NCBI GenBank assembly: GCA_002633005.1
Contig: NMRA01000206.1
Span: 331,250-395,249 of the forward strand
Direction: 5' to 3'
Source of the DNA: Phoronis australis
Taxonomy: Eukaryota; Animalia; Phoronida
Length of the DNA stretch: 64,000 nt
The notes beneath the pieces were generated by a model. That model searched no databases and was not told the origin of the DNA. It worked only from the letters and a program-made list of their open reading frames with translations. Shown here piece by piece: positions 51,556 through 63,900 of the stretch. Position 1 is the first letter of the stretch. Every line of letters begins with the position of its first letter. Both the position numbers and the translations under genes were made by a program.

Positions 51556-51704
51556 ATGGCCGTGCGAGACGAAGACAGAATTGACTTTGACAAGTTAGAG
51601 CGAGAGCTCAACAACGCAGTTGAGGAGGATAAGAAATATTGGCAAAAGAACGACGCCAAGTTCAGGGCTGTCGAACAGAGGGTGGCGACCTATGAGGAAT
51701 TCAG
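51556..51704 (+). CDS. CCDC103: CCDC103 coding exon 1
   Basis: ATG...YEEF(R), AG|gtttgt donor; ttgtag just before the ATG suggests an unlocated upstream non-coding exon. Confidence 0.9.
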
Positions 51705-54700
51705 GTTTGTATGCGTGTCTGTCGTAGGTGGTCCAGTGTTTTTGAGAGTTCAACCACTGTAGTGCCCCAATGATTTTTTTAGTAGCCCATAAAATACAAT
51801 TGTATTGCGCTGTCACAAATCTTCCTGGGCTTTGCTAAACAGTTGGTTCTTTTGTTTTTTTTGTCAGATTTTCAATTAACTACACTCCTACAAAATCAAC
51901 CAGTAACACATTGTCTTGGGACGCTTGGAATGGAACTTTATAGGCGAGCGAACATTGTACACTGACTTGACACATTTGTAGTGTATCTTCACTACAATAA
52001 CTTGGGGCTACAGCACAACATTGTTTTGGCAATTATGTGTCGGCCATGACAGTTGTAATGTGCACAATATGTACCTATATGCATATGCAGATGTTTTGCT
52101 CTTGTAACTGAGCTATTTCCGAGCCACAACCAGGTGCCTGTGGGCCTGGTATTCAGACCCCTGCCTACTAGATCACATTATGCAGCAGCACCACCTGCTT
52201 TCTATTTCATGTTTCTATTTACTCGTACTCCTGTTGCATTTTAGTAAGACTGCTTCAGGTTGGGTATTGCTTAACTGTCCTTTACTTCTGGTGAAGACCC
52301 ATAAATGTGGAAAACTTGAAAACTTGAATAAATCAGTCTGCAGCGCTGCCGGAATCATTCCTGACCTCTTAAAGCAAATCAATGAACTCCACCCGATCTG
52401 TGATGGCATCGTGTGCAATTAGGTATGGTAACTCTTCAATTAAAAGAAGTTTTACTGGAAAATATGAAACAAAACTGCCATGTTTTTTCAAAGATGGTGC
52501 TCTATTGAAAAAGAAAAAAATATTTGGTAACACAAACAATTTCTTCACATTTTGTGGTATTTGAACAGACTTTGAGGTGTTTTCATCTTGGTTTGATGAA
52601 GCAGGAGTTTCCTTTAGGAAATGTTGATTGGCTAACAATGCTGATGACATATTTATGTGCAATTCATGTGTATTGCTCACTGGTTTTACATTTTAACTTC
52701 AAATTCTTGCTATGTGATCACATTTTTCACTCAGACACAGAACTCACTTGACAAGGGTAGCCCTAATAAGATGCTGGTGTTCGATTTGTTAATCAATTAA
52801 TGATAAAAATGAGGAAATTGAAACAAATGAGTGCTGAAGCATGTTCCAATCAGCACATATCACTGTTTGAAATCAAACAGGAAGCTGAAACGTAAATACA
52901 TTATCTCAGACACTGCGTGCTCGTAATGTGGCCGTCCATAGTGAAGGTACCCCATCTAGTGGACGGACGAGCTCACACTCCGAGCGGAATGATGTGTGGT
53001 TGGAAGGTGCCCTTGAGTTGCAACTACCAAGTTTTTGAAATGAGCCAATACTGTCACGTGACTCTAATCTGGGTTCCCTTGTTGATCCTGTTTTAACTCT
53101 TGATCACTGTTTTAATAGAGACATTGTACAGGCTGCACACTTGCGCCCTCTGGAGAAGGATGACAAGTTTAACAATGAGAAGTTCACTCAGCCGTGGAAC
53201 ATCAATGCAACAAAGAACACGGAAAAAGTGAAGGTCGACTGTAAAGAGATTACTAAGGTAAACGTGGTCGTATTAGAGTATGGATTAGATATTACGTTAC
53301 GTTTATTTAATTAATGTGATATTCAAAATGAGGGTGACCTATTCAGTGATGACTCACTTTCCAAGACAGCCTTGATAGAACCTGCATTAGACCAGTTACA
53401 ATATTTTCTGAATTATGAACTGTTACTGAATCACCCCACCATTATTTTGTTGCTCAGCACCAACTCATATCTGCCCCCTGCCCCCCCCCTCTAAATCCAG
53501 CAATAAGTTCAAACAATTTCTGGGAAAAAATAAATTTACTTCTCTCTAGAAAACCTCTCTACGTCCTTATTAACATAATTTTAAGGTTTCCCTTAACTCC
53601 ATGTATTGTATGACTGACAGGCATATCACTTTTACGTCATAAAACTGGAATTCCAACCTGTCATTTGTTCCCCAGTCCAGAAATTGTAATCCGAGAAAAG
53701 GATGCGTTGAGAACAGTTACTTGGACTAATGCAAAATTAGGTGTTTTTGAACATATATTCTAAACTGAGTGGATTGGATCTTTTATGTTATTTTATTTAT
53801 TTTTTTTGGCTATTGTCTGTGTAGACCTTATTCACATAGTCGCCATTTTAAAAGCGAGCCTCTTTGTAGGCTTAAAAGCTTGAAACATGAATATTAACGA
53901 GGCTTCGGAAAAAATCACGCTTTACACTGTGAGTAAGTGCAGAATGCATTGTTTATAAAACCTAAAAAGAGGCTCATTTTTAAAATGGTGACTGCGTGAA
54001 TAAGGCGTATACTCAGTGTAAAACAATTGCTGTCTTGTGTACAAGCAGGCTTTTGTCCATATTTAGCTGTGTAAGTATGTATCGCAGTGGAATCATTCTG
54101 AGTGTTCACCATTTTTCTTGTTCAATACAAGAACATTTACATCCCGACTTGAAAGTAATTTAATCACAAATTTCTGTGTAGTGAAATACTTGTTTCTAAA
54201 ACAGGTGTAGCCTCTGGTTTTCCAGGGTTCTAAGGGAAGTTATTTTTAAACTAGAAAATTCCTGAGTGACCCTCAAAGTTATCTGTTGTTAGGTAAGTGG
54301 AAAGCCTGCTTTAAGTAGTTTTTGTTTCACATACAATTTCAGAGCGATGGTAAAGTTCCTAAAAACGGGCACGAGTTTGCCAGAGACTGGAGACGTTTTT
54401 ATAAATCTCAAGAGGAAAGGCTGGGATTCCTGCTGAATCTAGGCGGCGACAATATACGCAATATTTTCAAGACAGAAATCAGTATGGGACTCCTAGGGGA
54501 GATAATTGACTCCTTGTCCGCCATTGGAGAAGACCATGATGTTAAAGATGTCCTTGATATTTTGGATGCGCTTAGCTCAGCCAACAGATTTCAACTGTCG
54601 TTGAGCTTTTTAAGCAAAAAGGAGAGGGATTTGTGTGAACAATTGTTTGAAAAACTGACTGAAAGAAGAAAGTCATGCAATGACTTGTCTGAGGATAGAT

Positions 54701-54732
54701 TAAATGCTGTCAAGAAAAAGTATTGTTCATAA
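51556..54732 (+). CDS. CCDC103: Coiled-coil domain-containing protein 103 (dynein arm attachment factor DNAAF19); join(51556..51704,53119..53257,54343..54732), 225 aa
   Basis: N-terminal motif [54 protein letters not shown]...PWN and C-terminal RPAP3_C-like segment (PKNGHEFARDWRR...IFKTEISMGLLGEII...RFQLSLSFLS); splice phases 2 and 0 consistent. Confidence 0.93.
53119..53257 (+). CDS. CCDC103: CCDC103 coding exon 2
   Basis: aatag|A GAC ATT GTA CAG GCT GCA CAC...AAG|gtaaac. Confidence 0.88.
53822..54009. mobile_element. MITE family A, copy 2 (CCDC103 intron 2)
   Basis: TA-GACCTTATTCACATAGTCGCCATTTT...AAAATGGTGACTGCGTGAATAAGGCG-TA. Confidence 0.85.
54343..54732 (+). CDS. CCDC103: CCDC103 coding exon 3
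   Basis: tttcag|AGC GAT GGT...TAA; RPAP3_C-like domain. Confidence 0.9.
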   Translation, partial: SDGKVPKNGHEFARDWRRFYKSQEERLGFLLNLGGDNIRNIFKTEISMGLLGEIIDSLSAIGEDHDVKDVLDILDALSSANRFQLSLSFLSKKERDLCEQLFEKLTERRKSCNDLSEDRLNAVKKKYCS

Positions 54733-55365
54733 TGTTATGGAGATTTTTTATTTGTCTAAGTACATGTCTAATGTGTATATTTTGATAGTGAATCAGTGAC
54801 AATTACACTATTCAATTCACTATTGATCTACTTTATTTAAAATATCTTACAATTACTTTTTCAGTTTACGTTTATGACCATTTTCATGATATTGCTCTCA
54901 TGTACCACCTCGATCACTGAACGTAACTTACGGTGCGTAGGCGCTACGTCCAAATGCCAAAAGGTGATTGGCTGTGCCTACGTGCGCCTACGCCCCACTA
55001 CAACACTGATTGCACTTTCGCTCAAGCGATATTTAATTATCTTTCTGAAATAGTGGAAGGCCAAATTTCTGACTAAGTCTTAAGTCACTTGTCAAACCCG
55101 TCATGGCTGGTGTCTGTAAGAAACATCAACTCTTTACTGTAGTGAGAGCACAATAATGTCTTTTGCATGACCCAAGACAGCCACGTTGATGTGGTCGAAA
55201 TCCAGTTTTGTCTTTCAGGAGGGACACTTTGACATTTTTGTGGGAATCGTTTGACAGCCTGGTGACTGCAAAGAATATTTATGTAAGAATGCATTTTGTC
55301 CACCAACTACCCTAGTGATATCTGGCGACAAAGTGTGTTTTATCATGTGAGAAAGTGATTATTGT

Positions 55366-55371
55366 AATAAA
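55366..55371 (+). terminator. Candidate polyadenylation signal of CCDC103
   Basis: AATAAA about 630 nt after the stop codon; motif only. Confidence 0.3.
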
Positions 55372-57838
55372 CTGACGTACATAGCAAACAACAAGGTGGG
55401 CACTGAAGAGATGATACAATCTTATTTTTTAAATGAGAAGATGGGATGAACAGACCACGAATATAATTTCGTACATCCCACAGTGCAGACCTACCAATTT
55501 CATATTATCTTGACTGCAAAAAACCTAACAAAATCTACAAAACGCTGCAAAATCCATGCAGACCGGGTTCTAATCTCTGTCAATATCGCATGTGAACTAA
55601 AGGTGGCGCTGAGCGTCTGTCCAACACAAAACTAGGTGGGCATCAATTAAGCAGCATAAGACTGATAATTTTCAAGGAGTTGCCGGTTTGTGGAGAAAAT
55701 GACTGTTAACTTTATTTTAAGAAGACAGAAACGGAAACGGTCTCCCGTTCAATGATGTCCAACTTTTATACCACACCACTTTTGTTTGTTGTGGTTTGTC
55801 TTTGTATTTATATCTCTCAGTGATTGAAAGTATTATTGTCGCAACACGAATTTGTAAACAACAACAACGATGATCGAAGTGCTGATGTTATCATTGCTTG
55901 TTGACGGAGATGTGGCACGTTCGAGTTGGTGTGCAGAGGAAAGAGACTATATGACGTCATTAAGTGTGACATGGCAAAACTTACACGTATTATACCCTGA
56001 ACTCTTACCGCAAATATGGGCGTACGACGGGAAACTATGACAACTACCATTGACAATATTTGTGGTAATAATTATTATGGTTATGAGAAATGCAACAGAC
56101 TAACGTTAAGACGTCCCGATTGTTTTGGGATTACTTTTCTGGTGTTGCTGTTTGTACACTTGTGAGGCACTGTGAGTTGAATAAACAACACTGTATGTAT
56201 CCCATATCCGACCAGCGTACAAGCTTATCAGTGCGCGTCTCATAATAATAAAGTACAGAACAAGTGGATTTTGTCATAAATCATTCATTGATCAATCAGT
56301 GGTATTGATGAGCGGAATGGTCGTTGAAGGTGTTTGAAGAAGTTATCGCTGGAAAACCACATGTTGCTTTCGCCCACGCTCTCCTGTTGGGTGGTCAATA
56401 AAACGTTATTACAAGTTTATACAACCCTCTGCCTTACAACTTTCCAAAGTCATAATCTTGCAAGTATCGAACTTTAGTGACCAACTGTTTACGTACATCG
56501 AGAAATTCTAAAAACAAAGGTCCGCGCAGGTCTGAAAATTCTGTTCTCTGAATATGAGCCGAGCGTGGGATGGCTTTTCATTTAAAGTCAAAATTATCAT
56601 CCCTGAAAGGTGCATTATTTTCTCAACTAGAAATTGTATTAAAAGGGGTTTCTTGAGAACAGAACACTACGAGACTCTCCCATCGGATGGGATTTTGTCA
56701 GTAACAATTATTTTCTGTCCTGGAGGCGTATCATTCAGTTTTGCACTGGAGTGTCCAAAACACGTCACGAGTTTTGTTGTATACGTAGTTCGAGTAGTAA
56801 AGAAGATAATTGTGCATAAAGTAATTCGATTTAATTACTAGAGGGATTTTCATATTTGATTTTATGTGTTGGTCGCGTCTATTGAGTTATAATAGATCAT
56901 GGTTTTTAAAGCCACGATATTTTTGATTCTCGCCAGTACACAGAGTCTAGCCCTTGTGCCAACGTTGTCATTTTATGCGAAATGTGTTTTTTTTTCATGC
57001 TGAAAACGAGGATGTCGCATCCAATGATCGAAGGAGACATCACTCATTCTATTTCTAGGTGACGGATATTTACATGGCGCTGAAGTGTTTTCTGTTCCTG
57101 GGGCCTGCCGGTGTCTATATCTCTCAATTACTTTAAGAAATGCCTCTCATGTTATGGTCCATCTGCTAAATTCTCACATCACCTGGGGTGTGTCGGAGGT
57201 GTGTTCCCTCGCGCTTGCGCTACAAAAGGAAACGCCATTGACGCTCTTGGCTTCCTGTTAGGCGTTGTCGTCTGCAAATATGGTTGTCGTGAAGATTCTC
57301 GCGCTTTGCATATTCGTGACCGCTTCATTCGGTATGTTGCAAAATATCTAGACATTTAAGTTTTATTTCGCATTTTTGTAATTTGGGTGCAAAATTTTCC
57401 TACCCAAGCGTAACACTATTGAACTAACATTATAGAGAGGCACTGTAAGACCAAAACATGCGTTTCACTCATTTTCGCGCGAAGATGAAACATCAGCAGT
57501 TCATTTAGAGCTTTGAGAGCCGTCTGTTCGGTTTCGTACTGAGCCTCTAAAATTGCTTATAGCGCGACGATTCACGAATGATAAAACTTTTCCCAAAATT
57601 ACTTAACATTTCGGTGAGATTTTGAGACAGAGACTGATGACGAACTGTACTTTACAAGTATTTATATTGTTTTATGCACTACTTTTGATCTACGGAAAAT
57701 GTCAGGGATTCGCTGCTTCCTGAAGAGCTCAGCAGGCGTAAATGGTTCCCTGCGACTCCATGCTGATGATTAAGGCACATCTTAACGCAGCGTGTAAAGC
57801 GATGATTTGTCAACAAATACTAACATTGCCCCTTACAG

Positions 57839-57948
57839 GAGCTGGACCCCAAGAAAGGCTGAGCAACATTCTTCACAAAATCAACCGTAGCCCGTACTTA
57901 CGGGCCCAGTGGGAAAAACACCTGAAGCAGTTTGAGAACCCGGATGAG
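57839..57948 (+). CDS. PLB1: PLB1-like N-terminal exon
   Basis: TACTAAC branch point at 57818-57824, ccttacag acceptor, GAG|gtaaac donor, phase 1-0. Confidence 0.7.
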
Positions 57949-60900
57949 GTAAACCGAGCAGTAAAATATATTGCAATTTGTTTCGCAACTGCAAAGATAG
58001 GACACAATGTTTAAGATTTAACCTGAAATAATCTGTGTGTCCGGACGAATTCTTTAGCTGGCTCTGAATCGGAAAACCTGCGTTACGCATACTATAACAC
58101 TTCCAAAAGAAGCCACCGCTGAGGTTCTACTTTCTCACGATAGTCCAAACTCCGGTTTTTGTTATAGCCGGGCCTGTCTCATGGAGAACCGGTTTTTACT
58201 AGGAGCACTACACCAAGTCATGTGAACCGTAATTAGCGTTACCGACGACATAAGAAAGATATGAATATATAGCTTACATACATCCTTCGATACTTATAGA
58301 CCTATCTTTGAACTTTCTAGTCATCAAAATGACGAGATTTGCGCTGGTTCGACCACACGAGAATTTTAAAAATGCCATGACAAACAAAATTCTCTACGAC
58401 TCTAGAAATTTTGCGACCTGTTGAAATATACAAAATGAAATATCATCGTGATCAATAGAATCTCCAGTTTTTATTGAATTTTAAAATACCTCTATATACA
58501 TGAGTTTATTAAATATGAGAATTACCGCAAACTGTTAGGTGCAGGACCCAGGAGAAGTATGCGTACTAATTCCAGAAATATAGTCATTTACTTGAAAATA
58601 TCACCGTGGTGAACAATTGCAGAATTGATATTTCTGGCATTTTCAAGTGGTGCCAGAATATGATTTGTTTTTGCACTTCATCACGTTCTACTTTGAATTA
58701 ATTATTCCTTTAATAACCCATCAGGTACACAGGTCCAAGTTCGACCATTACACCTTCAGTTGTGAACAACAGGCGTCGCCTACGACTCCCACTTCAGGTA
58801 AGTCATAAGCTGGTCACAAAATATATGTGTTGTTAAAGATTTTGTTTTTCTCTTGTTTTGTCACAGGCATTATCAAAAAATTCATGGTAAAAACACCAAA
58901 AAAAACCCACGCCTTTCGTTGTTTTCACAAGTTCATCTACCGTAATGCAGACTGAGTTTCGTCAATCGAAAGAAAATTTCGTAAATTACATCCCTGTTTG
59001 CCTGTTTACCATAATTTTTTTCTGTATTTGTAAAAGCGAAATTTGGTGACTTTCACATTCAAGGGGTCACTTCGTATTGCAACACAAGAAATTAAAAATT
59101 AAACTTAAAACGTCAATCGTAAATTTGTTTATTCGTGAGAAAATGATGTCACGTGGAAAAAGCATGAATTGCGAACGGGTTTAACTGAATTATCTATTAT
59201 GCGTCAAAGTTCGTTTTATGAAAATTTTATCAGAATATGAATCGAACAGCCTCTTTATTGGCGATGCATTAAAGCCCTTTGAGTTTTATAGCCATCTAGC
59301 AGATTTAACTTCAGCATATTTTTTGCCCTTCCTATCTCCGCCACATGTTAATTGATTTTGATTCACAAACTTCTTTAATTGGCACTTCTAAGAACAATGT
59401 TTTTTGTACAATTAAAAACAAAAACCATTTCTATACGAACGATGATGTATTCTGCTTACAGTTCACAGACTTCGCCCTGCCGATATCAAAGTTGTGGCGT
59501 CACTCGGGGACTCCATTACGGTAACTTTTCTGATGTAACGAACACGGGGTTATCACACGACTCCACTTGGCCTACTTTTTTAAATTTTGTGTAATTCCGA
59601 CAATTCGACATTTTAAGTAAATAGGAGGTTCATCATTATCAGACATAAGAATTATTAGACAAATAAATAGTTTTCGCTTGATTTTACGTGGAGATTACAC
59701 ATTTCGAACACCCGCAAAATACGTTTATGAATAAGTCTTGACAGTAATTACTTCTTATTCATCAAGGAAGCTTCTACGACTAATTTTGTTGTTAACTGTT
59801 GAGCGTGGTGTTGGTGCAACATCTCATGACTAAGATATATTTTTATTCTATCAAGGCTGGGAATGGCATTTTAGCTTGGACAATACTTGGGTGCTTAACT
59901 AACTACAGAGGGCGTTCGTGGAGGTATGACGTGTTCTTTCGACAATTCTTTTAAAGAAATACTTCGTGTACAAATTCTCACTACATACGTTGAATAATAC
60001 AAGATGAAAATGGTCATATATGCAGGCATGTCATTACCTGTTTACAACAAGCGATTAACATCTTGTCATATGAACTGAGTTTTATCACAACACAACATTT
60101 AACAATGTATTTATGGTATATCTGTTGGAGCAGTTACGTTGTAAAAACCAGTGACTGAACGTGATGTATCATAATGTTGACTTGTTTGGTTTGCAGTATC
60201 GGAGGCGATCGAGAGTATTCAAACGGTGTCACGACTTTGCCGAGTAAGATTTTTTCTAAATTTATTCTGACTAGCATTTAAAAACAACACTTATGAATCA
60301 AAAATTTCACAGACCGTTATTTCAACCAGTTTAAATAAAGAGATAAATACACTATTAACCGTCACGCTTACAAATGATCTCCATGCACTGCGAACGTGAG
60401 GTAATACACGTAAAATTTCGACAATAGAAAAGTAAAAACAAAGCTATTTTCCTTTGCGGTGGGGGGGTGGGCATTGCATTACGTATTGCAAAAAGGTAGG
60501 ACTTCGTTTACAGTGGTGTCAAAGTTTCGAGTATGCATAACAGATTTACTAAGTCTTGATTCCTTAAATTTATTTTGCGCCTGTGAGCTTAGAAAGAACA
60601 TTTTTATATTTTGTTGATCTTTTTTAATCCTAATTATATCAGATCTGTTAACGAAGTTTCGGCTTATCAGTTCTCCGGCCATCATCAGATTTCTGTTCAT
60701 CTTTTTCGGTGGGCAAAATCTGAAGAGCCGGTTGACTTAAATAAACTAATAAGATTTCAATGACCTCACAGGAATATTGTGTTTTCGTTTGCAGATATTT
60801 TACGAAACTTGAATCCCGACTTGCACGGCTATTCACTAGATAAAGGCGATGCCGACAGTAACGGTGCTAACTTAAACGTGGCTGTGGCCGGGGCCATTGC

Positions 60901-63900
60901 ACAGTAAGTCTGGGGTCTGTAAACGAGGCTGTGGCCGTGGCCATTACACAATAAGTCTGAGTTAAGTATACGAGGCTTTGGCCGGCCGGAGCTATGGCAC
61001 GATAAATCTGTGATATGTTTCATAGAAAGTGATTGAAGAAGTAAGTCATATTTGATCTAACACTCCCCACATCTATTTCTGGGTGAAATACATCAAATCT
61101 CACTTTAGCAAAAATACAAAGTTTCTGAAAATGTGCCCATAATTTGAATAAATTATTTATAAGCTGTGATAAACTTTTTACACGGTTAAAGCTGATTTAG
61201 AATTCCTATTGTAAACTAGTTGAGGACGCGCACAGATACACAAATTTACCAATCACACATTGCTATACAATGTGCAAAGGATCACAGTTGTATCATTTTC
61301 GAAAACAGATATAGCAGAAGCAATGGACGTTACTGGTGATAGAGTTGAAGTTCCTGATGAGCCTATCATGAGTTCCTAGAAGGAACGCTATAAGTTTCTC
61401 CCGACGTTGTTGTGCTGCTATATGTTTCTACTGGGGATTGACGACTTAATCCAAGTGGCTCCCTAACGTTGGGAGATTTTTCAATTTCTTAAATTTTACA
61501 TGTGAAATGAAGTACATTAACATAATTGCAATCAAACAAGCCTTTAATCAATCAATATGGGCGGACTAAGCCAAAAAGTTTCATACACAAAATCTTCTCT
61601 AAAACAAATATTAGAATAACTTAATGTAATCCTGTAACAACAGAAATCAATTGCTTCAAAAAGAGATTGTTTTAAAGACTCTGAGCAAAGATTACAAAAT
61701 GTAGCATCAAAGTATAAACAGTTGTCTTTCAGAGGGAAGGATCACAACAGAACGCTTTCCAAAGGGCTACTTTGAGTCTTTATAATTTTTCCATACCATG
61801 CAAACTTAAGGGACTTGATAAAAGGCGAAATGTGAATCGTTCTTCATACACCAAAACTGGAATCTACAATCACGGCAGCTGTACTTATTTTGTCAGGTTT
61901 GTTTTGTCAAATAAATTTAAAACATTTCCGTTTCAATGGCTTAAAATGTAATTAAATGGAGAAGCTTCGGAGAGACGAAATAAAATGACTGATTAACATT
62001 AATTTTTATCTAAATTAGGACTAGGCTTGGTTATAGTAATATGTGTGTTTTCAACTCAGAGACATGCCGGGACAAGCACATGAACTCGTCCGTCGTCTGA
62101 ACGCTGATCACGCCGCCTCCGAAATGGACATGGAAAACGACTGGAAGGTTATCACGCTGTTCATTGGTGGTAACAACTTGTGCGACTTTTGCAACGATTT
62201 GGTAAGCTCTCACTCAAAGAGGAACTGTCAGTCTTGTGCGCACAACATAATCTTTGATACATGGTAAGCTCTCACGTTCTCACTCTTCGAAAATAAGGAG
62301 GCTTCTCCCGGTCATCTTCCGGCCACAGGTTTGATATTGAAAAATGTGGTGCTTGAAAACTCCAGTGAATTAGTCATTACGTCATTTAAAACCTAAGACA
62401 ACAACAGCATCAAGTTATACACCGGGAAGAAACAATCACGTAGGATCATCACGCGTCTTGTTCGCTATCGTTAAACGTCATGCAAAAATTAAAGTTATAC
62501 ATTGTATCAGTTTTAAACGTCTTATGCAACCCAACCTGGGGTCACTAGGGCCCGGGGTCACTAGGTCCAGGGGTAAATAGTTATACTCGAAATCGATTTC
62601 GAAATTATTTTTGTTATTTTCAATTCTACTTTTGTGCGAACTGAAGATAAGTGTATGTTATTCTATGCTATTGTACATAATGACTTGCGTGAATAACTTT
62701 CTAATCCTAGTTTACACTTGATGATCCCAGCATTAAGAGAAATATTTCAAGTCTAACCTCGAAATTTACGCAGTTTTTACTCGAAATCGTGAGTTTTACT
62801 CGAGTATGGTGGTCGAAGCTAGGTGCCGTCAAGTGTGAAATTGGACTAAAAACTCATATGCGTAAACTATAATGTACTCGAGCATAGAATAATAGACACT
62901 TATCTTGAATTCGCACAAAAGTAGAGCAGAAAACGCTAAAAAATAATTTAGAGTTAGTTTTCGAGTAAAAAGATTAGACCCCGGACCGTGAAGTGTCCTT
63001 AAATAAGGAAAATCACTTATTTTGTGTACACATAAAATACACTTCATTTTGAGAAACCTTATCAGCAAGTTTGTGTATTTAATCAAATTCCACAAAAATA
63101 TAGAGTACAACATGGAAAAAGTATAAATATATGAAAGTATAAATCCTGTAAAACTTAATTTTTGACTTTAATGTAACACTCTGTCATCGTCTGCGTCACG
63201 CGACCATCACTTTGTAGCAAAATTATACCAAAACAATGATATTCAAGATGAAATCACACAAAAACGCTGTTACAGTTTTCTAAATCATCATCGTGATGCA
63301 ACTTTTATTTTTTGATGAAATAATTTAGAAGTCGTAGTTTTTCGTCAGCACCCTATGCAAACGTGGAACATTTTACAATTGGTAATAACGTTGTGGAAAA
63401 CGGCATAACACACGGCATCTCAAATTTCATTTGAGCCCAATCAGCCGTTTCTAAGGTATGATGTCCCAAAGATGGGGTCAAACATCGACATTTTCCAGGG
63501 TTACTCATAACATTAAAATGATACCTAGCCCGGTTTTTGGCCTATTGACAGTTATTAAAAACGGATTTTCACTTCCAGTTTTCTGAAACAAAATAATGCC
63601 TTGTAACCCCTGATAACCCTCAAGTTTGGAGCAAAGTGTAAAGATTCCATTACAAAGTGTAGTAAACGGGAAAGCGTCACATACGCTTAAGGCAAATTAT
63701 ACAACTATGGGGAAAGAACAACCATCAAGAACCAAGATATCCAAGTGCAACTATGAGTTTTCAGTGGAATCCTGTTTTCATCACTATATTGCTACGCCAA
63801 TGACGCATTGACAGAACGAGGATTAGGGTTTGCTATCATTTTACGCCGGGGACAAACCATCGAACAGATGAATTATAAAACAACGTGAAGTAGGCCTACT

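Noticed and set aside
61350-61392. CTGATGA as a possible hammerhead ribozyme core (also at ~35746, ~57633, and ~49323 on the minus strand)
   Set aside because: No correctly placed stem II followed by GAAA, and no closing stems
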